Assembly (NCBI RefSeq): GCF_964204645.1
Contig: NC_134025.1
Location: 10,292,001-10,356,000, forward strand
DNA: 64,000 nt
Reading direction: 5' to 3'
DNA from: Tubulanus polymorphus
Taxonomy: Eukaryota > Animalia > Nemertea
Of the stretch, positions 26,238 to 39,000 are shown piece by piece. Position 1 is the stretch's first letter; each line of letters opens with the position of its first letter. The position numbers and the translations under genes were made by a program. The notes under the pieces are model-generated. The model was not told the origin of the DNA. It worked only from the letters and a program-made list of their open reading frames with translations, and searched no databases.

Positions 26238-27976
26238 AATTGATGAAAATTGTTTTGAATATTGTTCTCAATTAGTTCACATACCGGTACTTTCAAGTGA
26301 AAAATAACGTCCGTTCTTCAGACAGACTATAATTATTCATAGCAATAATTTCAATTATTTTATACAATTTATTGCCCTAAGCTTCAGTTTGTTTTATCAT
26401 TTGGAATTTTGATATTAGTGTCAGTAGGACAGAATCAGTTGATGTAGCAGGCCTGGTTCAGCAATTGTGGGTTAAAATTCAAACTGTTCGGAAGTTAACA
26501 ATGGACACTAGTCACAAATGGAGGACAGGATATTTTTGGAACGAAACCTCCACCTTCAAACAACAGAAAACTTAAATTGACACAATGAATGGGTATAAAT
26601 AATATTCATGGCGATAACTTTATTAAAAACAAGTAATTTACATTCCTTTTTTGTAAACATAAGCAGCAATATTACAATGATTTGTCCAGATGAATACTTT
26701 CCTAATTGATTTACAACCTTAAATTTTACTGTAGCGAAGGCATTTACAATACATACGTACTTAGTAAGTATCTATTTGTATCTATATATATATTTATATA
26801 ATATAATATGTAACAAGTTAAATCAATTATTTATTTATAAAGAGCGGGCAGTGCAGCCCTCTCAATGTCTAACAACTTTTTGTACAGCCAAGCCATTTCA
26901 TTACTTTTGCTCAGACATTTTGCCTTCATACATAGTCTAGCATAATTTTTTGAGTGAATAACTTGTATCAAGTAAGTCAAACAACAGATGGAACGAGTTT
27001 CTTTAAAAGTTGATAAATTTCAGTCTCGTGATATGAAAATTATCATAGCAACCAATCAATTTTTAGTCCCCATATTTTGGAAAGGAAGAAACTGATAATA
27101 TTAATGGTTGTTGTCAAACTTATCCCAATATGTTAGTGATAATAAGAAATGTACTAAATACATATAAAAAGGCTCCCGCTTTGTCAGTTTAGTTACTTTA
27201 AATTTGTTCAATGTCTCAACTTAGTGGAGAATCATCAATCCCTGAGCTATGTGATGGCCGGTGAAAAGCTATTAGAATCAGTGCAGATTGAGTGCCTCAT
27301 GTTTCAGTTGTGTATTACATGTAATTCTTTTCTGATATCAAATGTGAGTTGCATGATACTTTTATACCTAGATAAATGCCATCCTGATACAACTGATGAA
27401 ACCGTGGCAGTCTCGATGCCATCAGTTTTTAGGATGGGAAAGTGTCTCCGACGAATATTACCGTCGTTTTGATGATTCATACCAAGGCTTGTTGCATGAT
27501 AGAGGTTAAGCAACTTTTCTGATATGGTTGTCATACTAAAGTGAAGGGCAGCACAATGTTGGGGAGTGCATGGGCACCCAACCAGTTGGACGCTAGCAAG
27601 TTCATAACATGTATTGTAGTTGATATAATGTAATGAGAATTCTCATATTCTTTGATATACTCGTGCAATGTAGATTAGCTATTATCATTTGATGAATGTG
27701 ATGTGTACATGTGCACTTTTTGAAGACTGATATTGCTAAGGCATTTAGGCGCAAGTATTAATTATACTGATGTGTTTGTGCACTGGGCGACTATTATGTC
27801 TGATATTGTGGGTACACTGTTGTGCAAGACAAATATCTAGGTACATGCAATGTGCATCAACTTTGAACCATTTTGATATGAAGGTAGGCGTAGGTCGACT
27901 TGCAACCTGATTGGTCACTGCAACAGGTTGTGTAGGTTTACAGCAACGATATGCAATTGATTATCAAATTCATTAA

Positions 27977-28203
27977 CCTGTTCAGTGAGTCTACACTGCA
28001 ATGCAGTGTATAATTCAGTGTTTGAAATTGCTAGTACACCGCATTACAGTGTATTGATGTTTATCATTAGTTATCTGTATTAAAAGATGGCAGCACCTGT
28101 CAGACATAGTGAAATAATGATACACTGCACCACAGTGCACTAATGTGGAATGCCCGTTATTCAACACACTGGGCAGAATTTTTAAAGATTTTCAAATCAT
28201 CTC
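27977..28203. mobile_element. piggyBac-type MITE family A, 3'-truncated copy
   Basis: ttaa|cctgttcagtgagtctacactgc ... aaagatggcagcacctgtc ... ttttcaaatcatctc; right TIR absent. Confidence 0.75.
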
Positions 28204-29730
28204 AAATAAGAGCCAAAGCTTAAATATGATATTGATCAAAAATGATACTTGCGTAGTAAGCCAGAATTTTGTGAATGTAGCTCAGTAGGGCAAGAACTTT
28301 CACTTTTCACCAGATTACATAGTTAAGTCATAAAACTTTATCAATCAACGCGTATGATTAAGATTTGAACATGTGGATAGTGATAATAGAATGTGACTCT
28401 CATTGGAAGCGGGAAGCGACTAATAAATAAAAAAGGAAGATATTTCGAAAACAGCGATAACTATGATATTAATAATAATGATAATAATAATGATGATAGT
28501 AATGATAATACAATGACGATAAAAGTATCAATTACTGATTATAATTATCTTTGTAATAATAGAAAATATTCATAATAATCACAACCACCAAATCATGTAT
28601 AGATTATATATCATTATAAATTACCTGGGAACGAATTTGTACAACTGGTTTACACAAAAAAGAAAATATTTTTCCGTACTAAATATACATTACATATCTC
28701 AACTGAACGGATAGGCCATACATAACTGTCTTGAACGGATTAAATGCATTTTGAAGCAATTTTCATATATATATATATATATAAAAGGTACACATCCATT
28801 ATCTGGTCACATACATATTACAACATGTACACAACACAGAACAAATTAGCCGGGCAATAATTTTGACATCGTCGGTTCGAAAAAACATATCACCCAGTAT
28901 GTGTATAAATATCTTAGAATTTACAATCTTCTATTATATGATAATATTTTGATAATCAATTTAGTAAAAAAAGCGAGGTTAAAAGTTAATTTTAGCTTTT
29001 TGTAAAGTTTTGTATAAACAACAAAAAATCTGTATTTGTCAACTGGCATGCAGAAACGCATCGTTACGCAACGTTAAAAATAAGTAAAATCTTCGATAAA
29101 CTTGTATCACATCACATCGCACGCACACGAACACACACGTGAAGTGTGCTATAAATTCACTGGTATAGAGAAAGCGCGCAACAAGCGCCCCCGTATGGTA
29201 CAAAAAAGAAGAAACCTCTACAAAAAAATTATGTCACAGCAAAAACAATATTAAACTGCTCAAAACAATTTGGGCGCTACGAAGCTAGGGCCTTTAGTCT
29301 AAAATCATTACTATATACATTATGATAAAATTCAGATGATTCTTTCAGAAACTTTCTTCACTTATAATTCTATTACCGGTTAACAAAATGATTAAGTCTA
29401 TCATCACAAGTAGTGAACGAGCAGCCTGTCAGTCGACATAGCTCCGCTGTGTTTTCTTAACTTAATTATTCTTCATAAATATGAATGGCTCCACTCACTG
29501 CTAGAGGTAGGTACCCAGATACAATTCAACAACAGCCATGTAACTTAGTAGCTGTTGGCCTACTGAATATCCATACAGATTGGTAATGATCCAATATATT
29601 GTTGTAGTTCTTGGTCCATAAAATATTTGGAAATGATCTGATAGAAACTGGGAATCGAAGTGATTCACAGAAATATAGGCCTCACTCCGAGGACATCCGC
29701 GAAGGGTTAAGTCCAAAGAACTGTTTTATA

Positions 29731-29899
29731 CAGTGGAACCTCATTAATGTCCTCAGATTTAACGATTTATCGGTTATTACAAACCTAGAATTTTGTCCCA
29801 AATTGGAAAATTATTATTTCATAATCGATATAACGAATGATCAGTTATAACGAACATATTTCCAGGTCCCGGGAAGTTCATCGTAAGGAGGTTCCACTC
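29731..29899. mobile_element. Tc1/mariner-pogo (Tigger-like) MITE
   Basis: TA|CAGTGGAACCTC ... GAGGTTCCACT terminal inverted repeats. Confidence 0.65.
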
Positions 29900-30180
29900 T
29901 TTTATTCTAGGCTTTGGCTGATCATTGGTACCAAGTTTCATTTTGATCTGGTAATAATGCGCGACAAGTAGCGATTCTTTGAAATATGGGCCCCGTCCCT
30001 CAAACCCAAATAACAGCTCTATTGTTTTAGAAGCTGACCTAAAGGTCATTGGTACCAAGTTGCATCTTGATCTATTAACAACTAGAGTTGTGATTTATGG
30101 ACAACGATTGAGCGACAGATGGATGGACGGGCAGACGGATGGATGACGGCAGTCTATCCCCTGTCACAACGGAGCGAAAA
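29900..30180. mobile_element. Helentron/HINE-like non-autonomous fragment
   Basis: Repeated tcattggtaccaagtt.cat.ttgatct units and a GACG/GATG tetranucleotide tract before a short terminal segment. Confidence 0.4.
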
Positions 30181-31092
30181 ATTGAATATACATGGTGTAT
30201 TTTAAATTATGAAATCTATGCTTACAATATACAATGCTTTTGCAAAGCCTTTATGCACTGCATGAAGAAAAGTTTGTGCTCGACAAACAAAAAATATCGG
30301 TCTCAGACCAGTTCTAAAAATCATCGAACATAGGATACAGTCAACTACATCTTTATCTGTAACAAAATGTCTGCGGTTCAACACAAGACACTTAATGCAT
30401 AGATCACGTTTTATCTAAGTAGTGTTAAGATTTCGATCAAATAATCAAGTATCGGTACTGTTAAGTGATGAAATTTCAATTACATTAGAAAGGAAAACCG
30501 TAGACGACAATGTTGTGGCAAACAAAGGTAATCATTTGATAGATTGCGATTCCTGACACGCTGAAAAAACTTCAATGCCATTTTGACCATCAATGAATTT
30601 GAAATGATCATTATCTATGGTATGGTCCAGATTATTCTACAATATCAAAAACTCAAGTCAAAATACTGGTCAAGGTCACTCGAGCTTTGTGTGCTTCTCG
30701 GGCTGGATTTGTGTAAAAGCTGTACTGACTCCTGGAATTTTGGGCCGATAGTAAATCAACAATAGACACTGACCAATGAAATAAAGACAACTAAAACAAC
30801 TTGATATCAATTGTCAAAAAAATTAAAACGTTTTAAAATGATTGCCACGATGTTTACAATATACCCTAACAAAAAATCTACTTTACTCAGGAGAGGCTAG
30901 TTAAAAAATCATCAGAATGATCTGTGATTTTCATGATTGTACGAAGCACAGCAGTTAGGGTTTTACAAATAAAGACACCAACATAAAATCTTCATTTTGA
31001 TGTACGTTTCAAGCAAAGGGGCACACTACATAAACTTTTCACTTTCGCTGGATAACTTGGTTACAAAATCTCTTTCGGTTATTGGACACTAT

Positions 31093-31389
31093 AGCCATGA
31101 TCACATGGAGATGATTTGGCCCAGGCCAAATTGGCACGGATCAGGCTCGAGTAAAATTTGACCCGTGCCTAATTTGAAAGAGAGCGTTCGCAAGTAGACT
31201 CACTTGATACTAAACAATGCTCGAACAAAGCGAAGTGAGTCTCTTCAAGAACTTGTTTCAATTCATACGCGATGATTCGACCTGTGCTAAAATTCGGCTC
31301 TGGCCCGGTCTGATGTTTTTGCTCGACAGGCATGGGCCCATTTGGCATCCGTGTGAACAGTTGTTCCGAATTTGCTTATGTGATCGACA
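31093..31389. mobile_element. Harbinger-like MITE family C
   Basis: agccatgatcacatggagatgatttggcccagg ... ctcacttgatactaaacaatgc ... gtgatcgac. Confidence 0.75.
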
Positions 31390-33041
31390 CTTCATTTTTC
31401 CATTAGATATTGCCAAGCAACATGTAAATGAAAAATTATGTAGGGTGTCCCCCCGCACTTCAGGATTTAAGGGGACCCCTTGATACCTATTGAACGGGGA
31501 AAGTCGTTTTTCTTTAATCGATTTTGATACTTTTCAAGTCAACAATAAAGGCTCGTGAAAAGTAAACAGTTGCAGAATAAACTTTATATAAAACTATGGG
31601 TATGAAAATAATAAGATTCAGGGAATAAGCTATGATGAATAAAATTTCAATATTCGACACAATTTTTGTACATCATAATTCACCCTGTTACAGAATTGTG
31701 GTAAATGTAAAATATCATTATTTTTCATTCACGCTTGTAGTCAATACGCACGCACAAGAAATCTGTCTTCAATGCAAGATGAACCAAATAACTCAATCAT
31801 ATTCAACATTAGTTCCTGGACATATTTAGTAATAATATTTACAAACTAAGTTAGTCGGTATTAGACGATATCATAATTGGCCTATCACAACAAACAGTTA
31901 TTGATGTCTGGGTAGAAAATATTTACAATAAATCGCTGGAGTTCATTCAGAACAAAATTTTAGTCCATCTGTGTTGTGATGATAATGCATCTCAGTATGA
32001 TACAAGTGTTTTACGCTGACAAATGCAGCAGTGAAATCATAATGTATATCTATCTAATCATACTGTGCTTTATCGACATTGTTTGCTTTTCGACATGAGT
32101 CCAATGATGACAATAATAGTAATCATCATCATCATCAATAATAATAATAATGATAAGACGGAACATTCGGCCGTGTTCTGCTTAGATGGAACATTCCGCT
32201 TATCATTTTCTGCCTCTTATCACAACTCTTTATTATATCCACAAGACAGCCAAGTCAAGTATCACCTGCCCGTTACACAGTAAGAATCTCGTAGAATCTT
32301 GCGCCGCTGCTCGTGTTTTCCAGAGGTATTGAATTCTTTCATTTTCTTTTTTTTGGACAGCGTGAAGATTCTCATCATATATCACAAGAAATAACTGAAA
32401 AACTGATACAGCCGGTAAATAAAAAATGGCCTCCGCGCGAGCAGAATGAAAATAATCCGAACGTCGTCATTTGGGGGCCACTTTTTTTCTCTCGAATCCT
32501 CGATCACAGTTATCGACTGAGTTTGACGCGTCTTTTTTTTCAGAAAAGGATGAAATATTTTCAGAAGATCGCTAGTTCGTACCGATACACGTATTGCGCA
32601 GTGTTCGTTCCGACACCGCGTGAGCACATTCGACAGCTATCCTCCGGCTTCCAGAAGACTCGGATCGAATCCGTCTCGGCAGCGCGACCGCAACTGTGGA
32701 CAATCGGAATTTCGTTTTGATATGTCAACTGATATCATCACATGAGGAATTGCTGCCTTTTTGACGATGCTGCAACGAATAACATACTCCGACCGAGCTG
32801 CAGCTTGAGCACCAAACGAAATTGGACTGAGCGATGCGCTTATCACTCCCCGAGGATATCATCACGCGCGACGACGACGCGACTTCCCCTCGGTACTTGG
32901 TCCACCAGCATGCCCAGAATATTTTTCTCTCAGTACAGCTAGGCTTATACTAGGTCTATATGATTATAGCAATCAGCAGCTTCTATTTACATGCACACTG
33001 ATATGTACATACGCAATGCGTGAGGAGTGAATGCGAAGTCT

Positions 33042-36000
33042 CTACACCGTAGTCTCGTTTGGGGAGTTTAAATACGGAATTGTGCGGTTGTTTTTGTTTT
33101 TACTACTGTTCAAAACGTTGTAATAGTCATGTTCCTCACTGCTCGGTGACTTTTGATGCAGCGGTTGCGTGTCGGTGGGACTCGACGATCCGAAACTGGT
33201 CGGACTGACGGGGCTACAGCTCGGCGACGTCGACGGACCCCGACCCATGATAAAGTAACCCGGATTATCCATCGATCGCGGATTCGAATTTTTATCGATA
33301 TCTAAGTCCAATGTGTTTGGCGGTTTACTCGGGTTCACATATGTATCATCTGAAATGGAAGGATGCCGAGACTTAATAAGAATTCATAATCAGACGCCAT
33401 TTCAACTGATTTAGACTTCGGGTGAAATCTTTAACAGCAGGGATAATGACTGAACACAGATCTCAATCTCCACAAACATACAGACCCAGTTCCACAGTTC
33501 TGAGTTAAGATTTGACTCCGAGTTAACTCATTGACGATGAACTAACTTAAACCCAGCTCTAACTCACAACTGTGGAACTGGGTCCTGCTGTTGAATTTGG
33601 GGGAGGAAGACATTCTGTTCAAGTAATTCAAGTAATTAATAAGAGTCTGGTGCGTTAATGTATCCCTATAGATTCAACAATTTCCTTTTTGAAACTTACT
33701 GTCTATGACATCCATGTAATGGTTTGGTTTCATTGATCGTGGCTGTAAATAATCATCCTCATCTACAGGTAGGTCTAAATGGAAATCTGTACTGTCAATG
33801 CCGTCAAATAATCCGTCACATTTGTCTTTCGGAGACATATCATCTATTGAAAAAGAAACAAAAAGTGAACCTGCATTTCCACAAGTGTTATACCGACATA
33901 TATTACTTGATTATTCATTGATATACGTGGGTTTTGATTAAGCCGTAGATGTGTTTGATTTAATCATAAATTGATTGTATGGTCAAACACTGCGGTCACT
34001 CCAGTCACTGGGGTGTTAGTAAAAAGAGGTATATGAATTCATGGGATAATGTAGGGAACGACGGCTAGTGAATTCCTCTTGAACCAAAGTTATTCGATTA
34101 CACGTGTATACCTTTTAAAACTTTACATGGATCAGAGCTGTATCTGGAAGCCACGCTGGTCCCTCGCACTGGTCGCGACGCCTCCAAATGACCGTATTTT
34201 TTATCCCGCTTCGGTGCTATCAGATTATCGCTTTCCTTTGCTGGGCTACAATTTGGAGTGCTTCTTTCATCGTAAGCAGGCTGCCGGAATCTGCCATTTG
34301 CCTAGAAAGCATCCATTAAAATGACTTTACATTCGACAATTATTGCGTGCTAGCAGTGAATATTTTTTGTTCCAATACCACAAGAAGACGAGGCAAGGTA
34401 CATTGGTTTTGGTTTGCTCACCTGCATCATAGCGTGTGGAATGCCATCCTTGATATCGACATCAGGTGACTCGTCTTCTCCTGATAAAAGCATTTTCGGT
34501 GACAGATAGTCTTCGGCATCCATCACAGTCTCTGGACCATCTCCGGAAACGCTCATACTACGAACTAAATCATTTGTATCATACGTGTGGCTCGGCAGTC
34601 GTAATAATTTGTCACCCTAAACAAGAAACATTACTTGTATCGAAAATGAACATTTATTTACACAAATGCAAACAAACCACAGGCAACAACGATTTTCGGG
34701 CTTAAAATATCAGCTTAAAATATCACGAATTAGTTGATATATTTCCTTACTCGTATTACGAGGTATCTTCCTGGATCTCTGGCCATTTTTTCGAATTCGT
34801 CTCCTAATTCCTTAAACGATGGACGACTCTCTGCATCTAACATCCAGCCTGAAATATACACAGAACATGTGAGACACGAATGGTCCAATAAAAACGAATG
34901 TAAATGATCCAATGATCCATGCATCAACCCTCCGATCATAAAGAATGCACACATTTTATCCCCATGGCAGTTTCCTGAAGCCCTTTTTGAAATAAAATAC
35001 AGTAAGATAGATATAATCTTTTGCCTGTTCAAAGTAGTATGATATAGTTTACTATACTGGTACATGCCTTTTATGTTGAGTACTATGTGCAACTCATATC
35101 GTTCATACTACCTAAGATCTTGACCTAGGTCTGTTAAACTTACATTTGATCATAATCATATAGACATCAATTGTACAAATGAGTGGTTGCGGTAATCGTT
35201 CTCCTTTCTCGAGCAAATCGGGAACATCTCTCGCTCGGATACCTTCATAGGGACGTTGACCATACGTAAACAATTCCCAAACCGTAACGCCTGAAACCAG
35301 AGAGAAATAATTCATACTTAAGCCTTACATGAACTAAAATCACACTTATATTGCTTTAAATAAGCTTATATAACATATATTGGGTCAAGGTGCCATTAAA
35401 ATTTACTTTTTAGATCAAGACTCAATCCACATGCCAAAAGTGCGGTACCTAGTTATTCAAGGATATTAAATCAGCCAATATCAATACATAAAATCCCATG
35501 ATACGAAAGAAGAAAGTGTCCAATATGTTTCCTTTTAGTATCATTCATTTTAACATTTCAACTTATTCTTATAGTCATCTTCACGAATCACTACTACTTT
35601 CAAAGTTACAACAAAATTACAATTTTTGGAACTAAAATTTGTATTTCCGAGTAATACTTACCCTTTCCTATGGTTTTTGCCAATATTTTCTAAATTTGGA
35701 TTGAGCGCCAATTGTTTTTCTATACGACCCGGCCCTGCGGTATTGCATTTAGCCACAGGCGAAATCCGCCATCTTTTTACGTCATAGCAGACCAAAAAAA
35801 AAAACAGCTATGCGGGGCAGGTGGGCGGGATTCCCACCATAGGAAAGGGTAAGTACTACTCGGAAATACAAATTTTAGTTCCAAAAATTGTAATATTTCC
35901 GTCGAGTACTGTACCCTTTCCTATGGTTTTTGCTAGACTAGCCTAGCACAAGGATGGTGGGAAAGGTAGATAGAAAAACCACCGCTCAAACGCAAGGTAA

Positions 36001-39000
36001 GAGGGAAAAAGAGAGCACTTACCCAAGCACGGAATGGAGCACTGTAGCACAGGGAAGACCGGTTGGCCACAGTGAGTCCGTCCAGCTCAGGGGCCCCCCA
36101 GAATTTTGCGAAATTAATACTTGCAGATATGAGCCCAAACTATGTACAAGGATACACCCCCTGTGATCCTGATAATGCAACATAAATATTCTACACTAAA
36201 GGGTCCGATCGGAAAGAACGGACACCTTGAGCCATGACAACAGGACCAAGTGAAGCTAATGAGCCTAACTGGCCTGAAACATCCCGTAAATAAAATGACG
36301 TGAATGTCGATGGAGAATTCCAAAAGGCGGCCTGACAGACTTCCTCCAACGGAGCACCCGAAAAGGCTGCGCAGGAAGTAGCCATAGACCTCACTTGATG
36401 AGGAACCACTCCCTCCGAGGAAAGATTCTCCTTCAATAAAATGTCCTTGATCAGTGAAGAGACCCATTGGGCCACTGTGTCCCGCGAAATATCACCCTTT
36501 AGGTGATCCAGCAGCGGAATAAATAACCGCTCCCGTGAACCCCTCCGTGAAGCAGAGCGATCTAAATAGAAACACAACGCCCGTGCAGGACATAAAGTCC
36601 TGTCCGGGATGCCCGGTTCCACTCGATGTTTTAGGGCTTCAATTCGCCATTGACGCCCAACCGAGCCTAGTAACGAGCTGTTCTCAGGGTTGTGGACACT
36701 CCCGCTACAGCTTCTTGAAGTTTGGCTACTCGAGCCATAGACGGAAAGACTTTGCCGATTCGGCAGCACCTGGAGTTGCGTAATACGCCGAGCGAAATGC
36801 GCCTATAGGTGGATCGGTTGAACTAAAATATTTCCCAGATTTCATACCCCGTTCTGGAGGGGGAAATGAAAATGTTCCAGGCCGACATTCACCCCATAAT
36901 TGCGTATCCAATCGAGCCCATTCTCTCGAAACCGCTGACGATTCCCGTAAAACGTTAAGATCGGAGTCCGGAGGGCGATAAGCTTCCATTGACTCACCGA
37001 CCAGAGGAGCTGCTGTGGGCTTAGCGCGAGTCGCCCCGTGCTTGACAAAGAACTCACTTATCATCGCTCTAAATGGCATGTCCCCCGCTGGTTCGGATAA
37101 AACTGAACGGGACGGAGATACATTGCGAGCCAGGGAAGCCCCCATCGTCTGGGGCAACCCACAATTGCTCGCGACAGGAACGACCCCAGAAGGAATTGCC
37201 GTTTCTGGGACCGGATCCTCATTGAAATCAGACCCTACCGCAGCATCCAGGAATTCAGAGTCAGAATTCCGAAGAACTGAGTGGGCTGGCGAACTTCTAA
37301 CCGGACAATCAGGAATAGGGTTACCTGTTGTAGAGGTTGCAGCGACTTGTTGCGACGAAGATAACAAGTTTGAAATTTTCTCTTCAAATACATGGAAATC
37401 CTTCTGAGTCAGGTATTTTCCAGTATCCCGACGATCATGCCGACTTCGGTGACGGTCCCTCGAACGGGATCGAGACCCACTAGAAGAATCGCCTTCATCG
37501 CTAACCGACGTCGACGAACGATGAGAAGACCGACGGCGAAACTTCCGACAATAATGATCGTAGTCCCTCTCGCGATCAAACCTTGATCTGCGAGAAGGAG
37601 ATCTTGCTCGTTTATTACGCTCACGGCGTCTAAATCTAGTGGGAGAGCGAGCTCTATCCCCGGAGCGACGATCAGAATCAGACGATGAACGTACCGGATG
37701 TTTTGAACCGGACGACGTCTGGACCGGACCGGTGCCCGAACCGGACCGGTGCCCGAACCGCACCGATGCCCGACCTGGACCGGTACCGACCGAACTGGTG
37801 CGGGCCGTTCCCGACTACCGCGGCGCGCGTTCGGTTCCGAACATGTAGTCTGAACCAGCCGAACCGGCTGAACTGGTGAACGACCAGAGACCGGTGAATG
37901 ACCGGAGACCGGTGCCGGTGAACCAGCGTTCCTCCCCGGTGAACGGAGTTGGGAAGCTGATCGTACCTGAACGACCGGCGACCGCTCCGCTTTACGATAA
38001 GAAACAGGATTAGAAACGTCGGTTGGCACATCGGCCGAAACCGACGAATCCCTGCTAACTCGACGACGATCTCTTAGTTTAAGAGCCTTATCGGCCCAAA
38101 GCCAAAGGTCCTCAGACCACACCTCGCAAATCTTGCAAGGATTGCTCCTTGCACATATTAGACCGGATTTGCGCCTGCACGACACACACGAATCGTGGTT
38201 GTCCCAGGCGCCAAACAAATGCCCGCATCCCTCCCTGCCACGATGTTGACCCTTAGGAGGGGGCGGCATAATTATCCTGTTACAAATCAAATCAATTCAA
38301 TTCAATCAAATTATATTTGTAAATAAAATTCTTACGGAAAAATAGAAACCAGGGATAACCCCCAAACCGAACGGACTCACCGTTATGAGAGTGAAAACTC
38401 CCTAATATCCTAATTCCCAGATTTTTACGGCGAAAAAATCCAACGCGTTCTACTGCGAGAACGCCAAGAAAAAAGATGGCGGATTTCGCCGGTGGCTAAA
38501 TGCAATACCGCAGGGCCGGGTCGTATAGAAAAACCATTGGCGATCAATCCAAATTTAGAAAATATTGGCAAAAACCATAGGAAAGGGTACAGTACTCGAT
38601 GGAAATATTATGAAACATATATACAATCCAGAACAGAGAGACTAACTTTGTAATCAGAAGCGATACAAACTGGGGGTAATACAATGTATAAACAGTTACA
38701 AGCTAAATGAATTCTAAGTAGAGTGAACTAGGGGGTTCTTGTCGTATATCGATATTATTGTATATCATTCTTACTACACGGACAGAATGTTTAAACGAGA
38801 TTATTGATCATGTAAATGCTCTTTCACTTACCGAAGCTCCAAACATCACTCTTTTTGGTAAATATTCGATGTTGGATGCATTCCAAGGCTAACCATTTTA
38901 TTGGCATCTAAAACAATCAAAACAGGGCATGAATCATATTGATAAGTGATTGCTACATGCATTTGGATTAACCATGTTGGTCTTGAAGGTTGCTGACTAA

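Larger units (their letters stand above)
35616..38610 (-). mobile_element. DIRS1-type tyrosine-recombinase retrotransposon, internally deleted (non-autonomous), in an EGFR kinase-domain intron
   Basis: ITRs at about 38610-38470 and 35778-35660 plus a terminal extension to 35616; ICR at 35836-35933 is complementary to both termini; ATTA at both ends; gag-like ORF and YR C-terminus present, no RT/RNase H seen. Confidence 0.92.

Noticed and set aside
32313-32942. ORFs just downstream of the EGFR stop
   Set aside because: No motifs or splice pattern; most likely EGFR 3' UTR.
36191-36769. Phage integrase or horizontally acquired recombinase
   Set aside because: Sits within a canonical DIRS ITR/ICR structure with a gag-like ORF.
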